Notes under the pieces: generated by a model | Told to the model about the DNA's origin: nothing | Database searches by the model: none | Seen by the model: only the letters and a program-made list of their open reading frames with translations | Assembly (NCBI GenBank): GCA_964390635.1 | Contig: CAYMIG010000001.1 | Location: forward strand, 203,321-267,320 | DNA length: 64,000 nucleotides | Direction of reading: 5' to 3' | Source of the DNA: an uncultured Vampirovibrionales bacterium | GTDB taxonomy: Bacteria > Cyanobacteriota > Vampirovibrionia > Vampirovibrionales > Vampirovibrionaceae | Shown here: one piece after another, positions 18,573-29,174 of the stretch | Position numbering within the stretch: position 1 is the first letter of the stretch | Layout: the number at the start of each line of letters is the position of its first letter | Made by a program: the position numbers and the translations under genes

Positions 18573-19637
18573 ATGTCTCCATTCAAAATCGGATTTGAGG
18601 CCAACCCCACCGGGGGGCCGGGCATTTTTCTCACCCGCCTGCGCACCGCCCTGGAGGAAAGCGGCCATTTCGACGCCGCGCATCCCGACGCCTGGATTCA
18701 GCTGTGCTATGCCCCCATGCCGGAGGCCATCATGCAAAATGCCGCTGTCCGCAAGGTAATTCGGGTGGATGGGGTTTACAGCTACCGGCATCGTCTGCTG
18801 CCCGTGCCGCTGCCGGGGGTGGACGACTGGCTTAGCCGCCGCGGGAACCGCAAGCGCAACCGCCCCATCGTGCGGAACCTGGCCCTGGCCGATGAAATTG
18901 TCTACCAGTCGGAATTCTCCCGGCAGGCCACCTGGAAGTTCATTACCCCTACCCCGCCGGGCGCGGTGATTTTCAACGGGGTGGACACCCGCCAGTTCGC
19001 CCCGCCCTCGCCCCGCATTCGGGATGATCGCCTTGTGAACATCCTGATTTCGCATTCCTACCGACCGCATAAACGCCTGCATGAGGCGATGCGTATTATT
19101 GCCGAGTTGAAACGCCGCGACGCTGCCCGCCGGTGGCACCTGCATGTGGCGGGGGGGGATGACGGCCTGTCCATTCCCTATGCCCAACAGGTGATGCAGG
19201 CTGAAGGGCTTGGGCCGGACGTGGTGACGTTTTACGGAAAGCTGCCCTATGACCACCTGTTCGAGCTTTATGGCCGTTGCGATTTCGTGCTGGGGCTTTC
19301 CTTCTGGGACTTTTGCCCCAACGTCATCGTGGAGGCCCTGGCCTGCGGGTTGCCGGTGCTGGGCGTCGATTTTGGCGGCATCCCCGAACTCACCGGGGAG
19401 GCCGGTCGCCTGGTGAAGGAGGAGATCGCCTTCGACTACCAGGACCTGTACGATTTCAAGGCCCTGCCCAGGGTGAATGCCGGGCAGTATGTCGACGAGG
19501 CGCTTTGCCTGCTCGATCGCCTGGCAGAATATCAGCACCTGGCCCGAGAACGCGCCGTGCGGGAGCTGGATATCCGGGTGACGGCCCGGCGCTACCTGGA
19601 CGCTTGCCAGGCGGCTAGTCAATCAGTTCCCAGTTAA
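18573..19637 (+). CDS. glycosyltransferase family 4 (GT-B, retaining)
   Basis: C-terminal segment ...DFCPNVIVEALACGLPVLGVDFGGIPELTGEAG matches the GT4 E-x7-E region. The start was moved to the internal ATG at 18573. Confidence 0.7.
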   Translation: MSPFKIGFEANPTGGPGIFLTRLRTALEESGHFDAAHPDAWIQLCYAPMPEAIMQNAAVRKVIRVDGVYSYRHRLLPVPLPGVDDWLSRRGNRKRNRPIVRNLALADEIVYQSEFSRQATWKFITPTPPGAVIFNGVDTRQFAPPSPRIRDDRLVNILISHSYRPHKRLHEAMRIIAELKRRDAARRWHLHVAGGDDGLSIPYAQQVMQAEGLGPDVVTFYGKLPYDHLFELYGRCDFVLGLSFWDFCPNVIVEALACGLPVLGVDFGGIPELTGEAGRLVKEEIAFDYQDLYDFKALPRVNAGQYVDEALCLLDRLAEYQHLARERAVRELDIRVTARRYLDACQAASQSVPS

Positions 19638-20667
19638 GGGCGGTGCCGCGAGAGATGGGGCGGCTGGCTTTTTTGCCGATGACATCGGTGTAAAACTTGG
19701 GAGGCAGCCCGTAGCCGGGGCGAATAATCCGCACGTTCCTCTCGGTAAAGGTCTCGCCGGCTTGCATGCTTTCCGTCACGTAGATTGACCGCCGAAAAAC
19801 ACGGTTCTGCCTCTCTTTGCCGGTCAGGCCGTAATGCACCCGTCCCAGGGCGGCATGCGCGGTGCGGGTTGCCTCGACCAGCTGTTTCAGCTCGGCGGGC
19901 TCCAGCGAGAAGGCGGAATCAACCCCGCCATCGGCCCGGCACAGGGTAAAATGCTTTTCAATGGCGACTGCTCCCAGCGCGGTGGCGGCCACGGCGGCAC
20001 CGATGCCCAGGGTATGGTCGGAAAGACCCACCGGCACGTCAAAAAGCTGGGAAAGATGCGGGATGGTACGCAGGTTGCTTTCGGCGGGATCCGCCGGGTA
20101 GCTGCTGGTGCATTTCAGCATTATGAGATGTTCGCAACCCGCTTCCCGGGCGGCCTGGACGGCTTCCTGGATTTCCGCCACCGTGGCCATGCCGGTGGAC
20201 ATAATCAGCGGTTTGCCGGTGGCAGCCACCTTGCGGATGAGGGGGAGATCCACCAGCTCAAACGAGGCGATTTTGTACAGGGGGGCGTCCAGCGATTCCA
20301 GAAAATCCACGGCGGTGGGATCAAAAGGCGAGCTGAAGCCGATCAGGCCTAGTTCCCGGCAGCGCTTGAAGATAGGCTCATGCCAATCCCAAGGGGTGTG
20401 GGCTTTCTGGTACAGTGCATACAGCGATTCGCCCTTCCACAGGCTTTCCGGGTTCTCAATGAAGAATTCGCCCTCGCCCTTGTCAATGGTCATGGTGTCC
20501 GCGGTGTAGGTCTGGATTTTGAGGGCGTCCGCACCCGCGGCGGCGGCGGCTTCCACAATGGCCAGGGCCCGTTCCAGCGACTGGTTGTGGTTGCCGGACA
20601 TCTCGGCAATGATAAAGGGCGGATGCTCTGGCCCGATGGGGCGGTTTTGAATGCTGAAGGGCTTCAT
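19615..20667 (-). CDS. pseI: pseudaminic acid synthase (NeuB-family nonulosonic acid synthase)
   Basis: 350 aa from MKPFSIQNRPIGPEHPPFIIAEMSGNHNQSLERA... The NeuB/PseI N-terminal TIM-barrel signature and a C-terminal antifreeze-like (SAF) domain are present. The start overlaps the pseGH stop (ATGA). Confidence 0.8.
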   Translation of the reverse strand: MKPFSIQNRPIGPEHPPFIIAEMSGNHNQSLERALAIVEAAAAAGADALKIQTYTADTMTIDKGEGEFFIENPESLWKGESLYALYQKAHTPWDWHEPIFKRCRELGLIGFSSPFDPTAVDFLESLDAPLYKIASFELVDLPLIRKVAATGKPLIMSTGMATVAEIQEAVQAAREAGCEHLIMLKCTSSYPADPAESNLRTIPHLSQLFDVPVGLSDHTLGIGAAVAATALGAVAIEKHFTLCRADGGVDSAFSLEPAELKQLVEATRTAHAALGRVHYGLTGKERQNRVFRRSIYVTESMQAGETFTERNVRIIRPGYGLPPKFYTDVIGKKASRPISRGTALNWELID

Positions 20668-22181
20668 CGCGGGCTTTCCGTTGGGGTGGGGCAATACGGT
20701 GGCTCTATTGTAGCGCATGCCGGGGCTGGCGACAGCCACTTGCGGAAAGCGTGCGAATGGGGGCGGTATCCGGCTTTCCGAAAGGCTTTGAGCGAGGCCT
20801 GGTTGCCGTCCAAAATAGTGGCGTCAATGTAACGAATCCCGGGGCAGTTTTTTTGCAGCCAGCGGCTTCCTTCTTCCAGCAAGGCCGTGCCAAAACCCCG
20901 TCCGTGGGTGCCCGGAACCAGATACACCGAGACCACGGCGCCTTCGCCATCCAAGTCGTAGCGCAGCACGCCGACCGGCTCGCCTTTTGACTCCCCGATG
21001 AGCAAGACCCGGTGCGGGTTGGCCAAGGTGCGATTGAACCATGCGGCGTGGGTTTCCCAGTCGATTTCGGCGGGATCCAGGGCGAAGCGACGGTTGCTTT
21101 CATCGTTTCGCCAGGTGAAGACCTGCTCGCAGTCAGAAGGTTCCGCCTGTCGAAGGGTTAATGGCGGCTGGCAAAGTATTCGGGCTACCCGGTTTGCGCC
21201 CTGCCCGTCTACCAGTTCCCTCCCGTGGCGGGACAGAAACGCTCGCAACGCGGGATTGTCCAGCAGGGCCTCGATTTGCCGGGCGATCGTTGCCTCGTTG
21301 ACCTCCTCGTGGCTTCCCAGGTAGAGCAGATAGCCGTCGTGGGCCAGGTTGCGGGTGATTTCCACCTGGTTGTCCGCAATGGTGAGCACGATGGCGGGCA
21401 GGCCCGCGCTGAGCCGCTCCCACGTGGCCGTGCCACCGGCGCCGACCGAGAGGGTGGCCCGGCCCATCAATTCCGCCATGTTGTCAACCTGGCAGTGGAA
21501 GCTGGCCCCCAGTTCCCGGCACAGCGCCTGCACGACTGTCTTTTGGGGATTGCTGTTGCCCACTACCACATCCACGGCCAAGGTGGGTCGCTTCAGCCCG
21601 CGTAGGGCCTCCAGAGCTTTAAGAGTGGCCCCCGCCGGATCGCTTCCACCGAAAAACACCAGCACGCGTTCATTTTCGCGCCGGGTAGTATCCCCGCCCG
21701 CCAGGGCAAAGTCAGGCCGCAATAGCGCATAGCCAGGGCCGGCCAGCAGGCTGCAATGGGCGGGGGTTAAATGGTTATAGCGTCCTACAGGCGAGGGAAA
21801 GTAGTTCTGATCGAGCAGCAGCTCACAATCGTGATGACGATTTGCCAGATCGTCCACTACCAGAACCCTTTGCGCGGATGGGCGCATGGCGCTTTCCCAT
21901 TCTGCATTTAGCCCGTAATGGTCTACCACCAGCCAGTCAAAGCACTTGCCCTCAAGCCGATCGATTGCGCTCGAAGGGCTGAAAGCGCTATCTTCAGCCA
22001 GGGTTAGCACCTCAAAGCCTTTTTCGCCTATCCAGCCGTTCATGTGGCCGGGTAGTTCCGCGCACAGGAACGTACAGGTTGTGCCCCGTGCCCGCAAGGC
22101 TTCCGCCAGCGTGAGGCAGCGCATAACGTGCCCGGTTCCAATGGAAACGGAGGCGTCGACCCGAAAAAGAACCTCAATCAC
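20664..22181 (-). CDS. pseG: bifunctional PseG (UDP-2,4-diacetamido-2,4,6-trideoxy-beta-L-altropyranose hydrolase) - PseH (GNAT N-acetyltransferase) fusion
   Basis: N-terminus VIEVLFRVDASVSIGTGHVMRCLTLAEAL matches the PseG start (MKVLFRSDSSxxIGxGH...) and uses a GTG start codon. The C-terminal ~170 aa carry GNAT motifs (VGVLRYDLDGEGAVVSVYLVPGTHGRGFGTALL). Confidence 0.75.
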   Translation of the reverse strand: MIEVLFRVDASVSIGTGHVMRCLTLAEALRARGTTCTFLCAELPGHMNGWIGEKGFEVLTLAEDSAFSPSSAIDRLEGKCFDWLVVDHYGLNAEWESAMRPSAQRVLVVDDLANRHHDCELLLDQNYFPSPVGRYNHLTPAHCSLLAGPGYALLRPDFALAGGDTTRRENERVLVFFGGSDPAGATLKALEALRGLKRPTLAVDVVVGNSNPQKTVVQALCRELGASFHCQVDNMAELMGRATLSVGAGGTATWERLSAGLPAIVLTIADNQVEITRNLAHDGYLLYLGSHEEVNEATIARQIEALLDNPALRAFLSRHGRELVDGQGANRVARILCQPPLTLRQAEPSDCEQVFTWRNDESNRRFALDPAEIDWETHAAWFNRTLANPHRVLLIGESKGEPVGVLRYDLDGEGAVVSVYLVPGTHGRGFGTALLEEGSRWLQKNCPGIRYIDATILDGNQASLKAFRKAGYRPHSHAFRKWLSPAPACATIEPPYCPTPTESPR

Positions 22182-23348
<1,167 letters not shown>

Positions 23349-23358
23349 GGCCCGCGCG

Positions 23359-24510
23359 GTGATTCCCTACGGAAGGCAGAATATCAGCGAGGCGGATATC
23401 CAGGCGGTTGTCGATGTGCTGCGCTCCGATTTCATCACCCAGGGGCCGGCTATCGAGCGTTTCGAGAAATCGGTGGCTGCCTACTGCGGAGTGAAATACG
23501 CGGTGGCAGTCAGTAATGCCACGGCGGGTTTGCATATTGCCTGTCTGGCTGCCGGGCTGAAAGCCGGGGAGTGGCTTTGGACCGTGCCCAACACGTTTGT
23601 GGCTTCCGCCAACTGCGCCCTGTATTGCGGGGCGAATGTCGATTTCGTGGACATTGACCCTCAAACCTACACTATCAGCCTGGACGCCCTCCACCTCAAG
23701 CTGGAAACTACCCCGCCGCAAAAGCGGCCCCGCGTTGTGGTGCCCGTACACTTTGCCGGGCAGTCCTGCGATATGATCGCAATCCAGGATCTGGCCGAGC
23801 AATACGGCTTTACCGTGTTGGAAGACGCTGCCCATGCCATTGGGGGGCGCTATGATGGTGAACCGATTGGCTGTTGCCGTTACTCCGATATGGCGGTGCT
23901 CAGCTATCACCCGGTTAAAATCATTACCACGGGCGAGGGTGGAATGGTTCTGACCAACCGGGAAGACCTCTATGAGGCCCTAATTCGGCTTCGAACTCAC
24001 GGAATCACGCGAAATGCCCCGCTTTTGCAGCATAAGGATGAAGGCCCCTGGTACTACGAACAGCTGGAGCTGGGCTATAACTACCGCCTGACGGATATTC
24101 AGGCCGCGCTGGGCCATAGCCAGATGGGTCGGCTGGATGCCTTCGTCCTGCGTCGCCGGGAACTGGCCGCCCGTTATGACGATTTGCTCAAGGATTTGCC
24201 GGTGGTTCGCCCCTGGCAGCACCCCAAAACGGAATCCGCCTGGCATTTGTATGTGGTTAAAATCTCCCCCGAGGCAGGCAAGAGCCGCCGGGAGGTTTTT
24301 GAAGCCCTCCGCGCGGCGGGGATTGGCGTTAACGTGCATTACATCCCGGTGCATACCCAGCCCTATTACCGGACCCTTGGATTCAAACCCGGCGATTTCC
24401 CCCAGTCAGAGGCTTATTATGCGCAGGCCATTACCCTGCCCCTATACTACGACCTCACCGAGACGGAGCAGGATGAGGTAGTATCCGCACTGGCCCGGGC
24501 GCTCCAATGA
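23359..24510 (+). CDS. pseC: UDP-4-amino-4,6-dideoxy-N-acetyl-beta-L-altrosamine transaminase (DegT/DnrJ/EryC1 family)
   Basis: VIPYGRQNISEADIQAV... start typical of PseC, with a GTG start. A PLP-lysine region (SYHPVKIITTGEGG) is present. Confidence 0.8.
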   Translation: MIPYGRQNISEADIQAVVDVLRSDFITQGPAIERFEKSVAAYCGVKYAVAVSNATAGLHIACLAAGLKAGEWLWTVPNTFVASANCALYCGANVDFVDIDPQTYTISLDALHLKLETTPPQKRPRVVVPVHFAGQSCDMIAIQDLAEQYGFTVLEDAAHAIGGRYDGEPIGCCRYSDMAVLSYHPVKIITTGEGGMVLTNREDLYEALIRLRTHGITRNAPLLQHKDEGPWYYEQLELGYNYRLTDIQAALGHSQMGRLDAFVLRRRELAARYDDLLKDLPVVRPWQHPKTESAWHLYVVKISPEAGKSRREVFEALRAAGIGVNVHYIPVHTQPYYRTLGFKPGDFPQSEAYYAQAITLPLYYDLTETEQDEVVSALARALQ

Positions 24511-25370
24511 AGCTTGGCCTGGGAACCGTACAGTTCGGCCTGGATTACGGCATTACCAACCCACAAGGCCAGGTTCCACCGGATGAAGTGGGGGAAATTT
24601 TGCGGTTGGCCGCCCAGGCGGGGATCGATCTGCTGGATACCGCCGCGCAATACGGTGAAAGCGAGTCTGTGCTTGGCCAGGCCATCCCTTCGGGCGCACC
24701 GTTCCGGATTGTCACCAAGACGCCTTCCTTCAACACTGCCGCGATTACCTCTGTACAGGTAGAGGCGATGGAAACCACCCTGGCACAATCGCTGCAGCGG
24801 TTGAACCACGCCGCCGTCTATGGCTGGCTACTGCATCAGGTGGATGATCTCTTTTCTGATGGTGGGGACAGGCTGCTGGATGCGCTTTATGGTGCCAGGG
24901 ACAATGGACAGGTGGAGAAAATCGGGGTGTCTGTTTATACCGGAGCCCAGATTGACCGGGTCTTGCAGATTTTCACCCCGGATATCGTCCAGCTTCCCAT
25001 CAACCTGCTGGATCAGCGCCTGATTCACAGCGGTCACCTGGCGCGTCTCAAGTCGCTGGGTGTGGAAATACACGCGCGTTCGTTGTTTCTCCAGGGCGTG
25101 TTGCTGAACCCCTCCGAAGCGCCTGCCTGGATGGGCGACGCCTTGGATGCCTACGCTGCCTGGCTTGCCCGGGAAACGATCCCCCCCCTGCAAGCCGCGC
25201 TAAGCTTTGCCGCCGGACTTCCTGAAATTGATGTGGCCCTGGTGGGTGTTTGCTCCCGGGCCCAGTTGCGGGAGATTCTGGATGCATTTCAGCGGATTGG
25301 GCGGTATGATTTTAGTCGGTTCGCCTGTGCCGACGAGCGGGTTGTGAATCCCGCCCTCTGGCCCCGCTGA
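24507..25370 (+). CDS. aldo/keto reductase family oxidoreductase
   Basis: MKLGLGTVQFGLDYG...IDLLDTAAQYG is an AKR N-terminal signature. ATGA overlap with pseC. Confidence 0.7.
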   Translation: MKLGLGTVQFGLDYGITNPQGQVPPDEVGEILRLAAQAGIDLLDTAAQYGESESVLGQAIPSGAPFRIVTKTPSFNTAAITSVQVEAMETTLAQSLQRLNHAAVYGWLLHQVDDLFSDGGDRLLDALYGARDNGQVEKIGVSVYTGAQIDRVLQIFTPDIVQLPINLLDQRLIHSGHLARLKSLGVEIHARSLFLQGVLLNPSEAPAWMGDALDAYAAWLARETIPPLQAALSFAAGLPEIDVALVGVCSRAQLREILDAFQRIGRYDFSRFACADERVVNPALWPR

Positions 25371-25394
25371 AGCGTCCCCACAAAGGAGGCCCCC

Positions 25395-26717
25395 TTGGAA
25401 TCCACCGCCCAGACCCTTGATGCCGAACTAAGCGCCCGTTACCACGGCTCCGAAGCTTGGCTGGCGCGGGCGCTCCAGACCATCCCGCTGGGTAGCCAGA
25501 CTTTCAGCAAGAGCCTGACGCAGTATCCCCGGGGCGTCTCGCCGTATTTCATCCAGCGCGGCCAGGGCAGCCGGGTGTGGGACGTGGACGGCAACGAGTA
25601 CGTGGATTTTGTCAACAGCCTGCTTTCCATTTCCTTGGGCTACAACGATCCCGACGTCAAAGACGCCGTGCAGCGCCAGCTTGAGGAGGGAACCATCTTC
25701 TCCCTGCCGCATCCCGTGGAGGTGTTGGTGGCCGAAAAAATGACCGCCATGGTGCCTTGTGCGGAGATGGTTCGCTTTGGCAAGAACGGCTCGGACGCCA
25801 CCTCGGGCGCCATTCGGCTGGCCCGCGCCTATACGGGTCGCGACCACGTGGCGGTTTGCGGTTACCATGGATGGCAGGATTGGTATATCGGTTCGACGGC
25901 GCGACATCGAGGGGTGCCGCAGGCGGTGCGGGACTTGACCCACACGTTCATGTACAACGATATTGACTCGCTGCATCGTCTCTTCCGGGAGTATCCCGAC
26001 CAGATTGCCGCCGTAATTCTGGAGCCGATGAATACCACGGAGCCGAAGGACGGCTTTCTGGGGGAAGTACAGACCCTGTGCAGGCAGCATGGCGCGCTGC
26101 TGGTGTTTGATGAAACCATTACTGGCTTCCGTTTTTCCAGGGGCGGCGCGCAACAGTTGTTCGGCATCACGCCGGATTTGGCCACCTTCGGCAAGGGTAT
26201 GGCCAACGGCTACCCCATTGCCGTGATAGCGGGCCGCGCCGACGTGATGCGGCTGATGGAAGAAATCTTTTTCTCGTTCACGTTTGGTGGGGAAACGCTT
26301 TCGCTGGCCGCATCGCTGGCCGTGATGGAGAAGCTGGAGCGCGAGCCGGTGCTGGAAACCATCCATCGCCAGGGCCGCAAACTCATCGACGGGCTGCGGG
26401 CGCTGATTGGCCAACATGGGCTGGAAAGCTTTCTCTCCGTGGCCGGACATCCCAGCTGGTCGTTCTTTCTCATCCAGGATAGCCCGGCTTATACCGCCTG
26501 GCAGCTGAAAACCCTCTACCTGCAAGAAATGTACCGCCGCGGCATTCTGACCATCGGCACCCACAACATCAGCTACGCGCACAGCGATGCCGATATCGAG
26601 CGCCTGCTGGGGGCCTACGGGGAAATCCTGCCGATGCTCCAGGACGTGACCGAAAACCGCTCGCTGTCGAAATACCTGCACACCCAGCCGCTGGAACCCC
26701 TCTTCAAGGTTCGTTAA
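25395..26717 (+). CDS. class-III PLP aminotransferase, glutamate-1-semialdehyde 2,1-aminomutase (HemL)-like
   Basis: GSA-AM-like pattern ...SQTFSKS...GSRVWDVDGNEYVDF...FGKNGSDATSGAIRLAR...LVFDETITGFR...TFGKGMANGYP. TTG start codon preceded by AGGAGG. Confidence 0.7.
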   Translation: MESTAQTLDAELSARYHGSEAWLARALQTIPLGSQTFSKSLTQYPRGVSPYFIQRGQGSRVWDVDGNEYVDFVNSLLSISLGYNDPDVKDAVQRQLEEGTIFSLPHPVEVLVAEKMTAMVPCAEMVRFGKNGSDATSGAIRLARAYTGRDHVAVCGYHGWQDWYIGSTARHRGVPQAVRDLTHTFMYNDIDSLHRLFREYPDQIAAVILEPMNTTEPKDGFLGEVQTLCRQHGALLVFDETITGFRFSRGGAQQLFGITPDLATFGKGMANGYPIAVIAGRADVMRLMEEIFFSFTFGGETLSLAASLAVMEKLEREPVLETIHRQGRKLIDGLRALIGQHGLESFLSVAGHPSWSFFLIQDSPAYTAWQLKTLYLQEMYRRGILTIGTHNISYAHSDADIERLLGAYGEILPMLQDVTENRSLSKYLHTQPLEPLFKVR

Positions 26718-26780
26718 CATCCTCCCGGCCCCCGGCAGGCTTTTGATATACTATCGCCAAGCAAGGCGTGGCTACAGGCA

Positions 26781-28193
26781 ATGCTCTTCAACTCATTTGT
26801 ATTTCTGGTTTTCGCGGCGGTTTTCTACTTGCTGTGGCCGTTGTTTCGGCAGCGGTCGAACCGTCGGTGGGCGTTTCTCAGCATTGCCTCGTTCATTTTC
26901 TACGGCTGGTGGGACTGGCGCTTTCTTTTCCTGCTGATGGCCATCGGCCTGCTCGATTTCCTGGGCGCGCTGGGCATTCAACGCTTCCCTCGCTTCCGCA
27001 AGGGGTTCCTGTTTGGCTCGTTGGGCGCCAACCTGGGGGTACTGTTCCTGTTCAAGTACCTCGGATTTTTCCTGGAAAACACCAGCTCGCTGGCCTCCAT
27101 GCTGGGCCTGGAGGTTCATTTCGAGGTGGCGCCGATGCTTTTGCCCCTGGGCATCAGCTTTTATACCTTCGAATCCATGAGTTACGTCATCGAAGTCTAC
27201 AAAGGGGAACTGAAACCTACCCGTAACCTGCTGCATTATTTCGCTTTCCTGTCGCTGTTCCCGCACCTGATTGCCGGCCCCATCATCCGGGCCGCCGATT
27301 TGCTGCCCCAGCTTGAGACATGGCGAAAGCCTGACGAGGCCGGGCGATGGGAAGCCCTTCGGCTGGTGGCTTTTGGCTTTTTCAAGAAGGTTGCGCTGGC
27401 CGATAACCTGGCCCCGGCGGTGAATACGGCGTTTGGGAGCGCGGGCATAGAGCCCTCCATGCCTTACTGGTGGGTGATTATGGGTATGTTCGCCTTCCAA
27501 ATCTACTGCGACTTCAGCGGCTACAGCGATATTGCGCGCGGCCTGGCGCGGTGGATGGGTTATCAGCTCCCCCTGAATTTCGATCACCCCTATACCGCCA
27601 CCAGTTTCCGGGATTTCTGGCGGCGCTGGCATATCTCGCTCTCCACCTGGTTTCGCGACTACGTTTACATTCCCCTGGGCGGATCGCGGGGCGGCTTGTA
27701 CGCGGGCATCCTGGCTATGTCGGCCACCATGCTCATTTCCGGCTTCTGGCACGGGGCGGCATGGACGTTTGTGGCCTGGGGCGGCCTGCATGCCCTCTAT
27801 TTGGCAGTGGAGCGCCTGACTGACTGGCCCAGGCGCCTTGCGGCCATTCCGGGCGGGGTACATCTGGGGGCCTTGCTGGTTCTGGGGCAGGTGTGGATTG
27901 CCTGGGTATTTTTCAGGGCGACCTCCTGGGCGCAGGCGACGGGCATTGTGGGGGAAATGCTCAATTTCTCCCACGGGTCGCTGGAACCCCTGATGGCTTA
28001 CCGCAAGACGGCCATCCCCTTCCTCCTGCTGGCCATTGGTATTGAACTGTTCTTTTATCTGGGGCTCCATCGCCTGGACTGGAGCCGAACCCGCTGGCTG
28101 GCCTATGCCGAAGCTGCCGCTGTGGTGCTGATGCTGGTGTTATCCGTTTACTCGCGCGGCCCCGGCGGGGCTTTCATCTACTTTCAATTCTGA
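26781..28193 (+). CDS. MBOAT family membrane O-acyltransferase (AlgI/DltB-like)
   Basis: 470 aa, polytopic. The conserved-His region FWRRWHISLSTWFRDYVYIPLGG matches the MBOAT signature. Confidence 0.85.
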   Translation: MLFNSFVFLVFAAVFYLLWPLFRQRSNRRWAFLSIASFIFYGWWDWRFLFLLMAIGLLDFLGALGIQRFPRFRKGFLFGSLGANLGVLFLFKYLGFFLENTSSLASMLGLEVHFEVAPMLLPLGISFYTFESMSYVIEVYKGELKPTRNLLHYFAFLSLFPHLIAGPIIRAADLLPQLETWRKPDEAGRWEALRLVAFGFFKKVALADNLAPAVNTAFGSAGIEPSMPYWWVIMGMFAFQIYCDFSGYSDIARGLARWMGYQLPLNFDHPYTATSFRDFWRRWHISLSTWFRDYVYIPLGGSRGGLYAGILAMSATMLISGFWHGAAWTFVAWGGLHALYLAVERLTDWPRRLAAIPGGVHLGALLVLGQVWIAWVFFRATSWAQATGIVGEMLNFSHGSLEPLMAYRKTAIPFLLLAIGIELFFYLGLHRLDWSRTRWLAYAEAAAVVLMLVLSVYSRGPGGAFIYFQF

Positions 28194-28199
28194 GGTTTT

Positions 28200-29117
28200 A
28201 TGAGCCGTTCCCACCTGACCCTGCTCATTGCCCTTTTGCTGATTGGCTTGCTGGCCTGGGTGCGGCCTTCTTCCCCTGAAACGGGGCTCTCTCCGGCCAG
28301 CTTCTGGACCCGCAAAATGCTGTGGGAAAAAGAATTCGACGTGGTCCTGGCGGGCGATTCCCGGACTTATCGTGGCCTCTCTCCGGGGGAAATGCGCCGT
28401 GTCTTTGGGGGGTATCGTATCGCCAACTTCGGTTTCAGCGCCTGCGGTTTTGGCAAGCATTACCTGGAGCGCCTGCCCCGGCTTTTTGATCCGGACAGCC
28501 CACAAAAAATCCTGGTGATGGGCATTACGCCCAATTCCCTGACCGAAAAATCGGCGGAACGCGACAACAGCTTTCTGGCCCGCCTGCATGACAACCGCCT
28601 GGAGCAGTATGCCAACCTGTGGTTCGGCGATATTTTAAAGCCCTTTGAGCCTTACAACTACCGTGAGCTTCGCAACGCGCTTAAAAATCGCCGCCAGGGA
28701 TACTTTCAGCACTATCACGAAGACGGCTGGGTGGCCTCTTACAAGCTACCCGAAGATCCCAATGACGCCCTGGATGAATATCGCAAAAACTGGAGCGAGC
28801 AGAAAGTCTCGCGGCGGGTGGAGGACGAGCTTCTCGCCTTCGTGCGAAAGCTCACGGCTTCCGGCATCCGGGTTTACGGCTTCCAGCCTCCCACTACCCG
28901 GGCCATGCATCAGCTGGAATCGGCCATGAGCGGGTTTGACCAGCCGGCATTTCGCCGCCGGTTTGAAGCGGCTGGCGGTACCTGGCTTGACTTCCCACTG
29001 GAGCGCTATCCCTCTTACGACGGCAGCCACTTGCGCCGGGATGGGGCGGTGCTGCTGTCGCGCGATCTGGCCAACGCCATCCTGAAAGAGCGTTCGGTGC
29101 AGGTGTCCAGTCGTTAA
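28200..29117 (+). CDS. SGNH/GDSL-type partner of MBOAT (AlgJ/AlgX/DltD-like), membrane-anchored
   Basis: N-terminal signal anchor LTLLIALLLIGLLAW, then VLAGDSRTY (a GDS-like block), directly downstream of the MBOAT gene. Confidence 0.55.
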   Translation: MSRSHLTLLIALLLIGLLAWVRPSSPETGLSPASFWTRKMLWEKEFDVVLAGDSRTYRGLSPGEMRRVFGGYRIANFGFSACGFGKHYLERLPRLFDPDSPQKILVMGITPNSLTEKSAERDNSFLARLHDNRLEQYANLWFGDILKPFEPYNYRELRNALKNRRQGYFQHYHEDGWVASYKLPEDPNDALDEYRKNWSEQKVSRRVEDELLAFVRKLTASGIRVYGFQPPTTRAMHQLESAMSGFDQPAFRRRFEAAGGTWLDFPLERYPSYDGSHLRRDGAVLLSRDLANAILKERSVQVSSR

Positions 29118-29174
29118 ACCCGGAAGGTAAGGCACCCACCCGGTTGCAATACTGGTGCCGGTGCTCTGGTCGTT

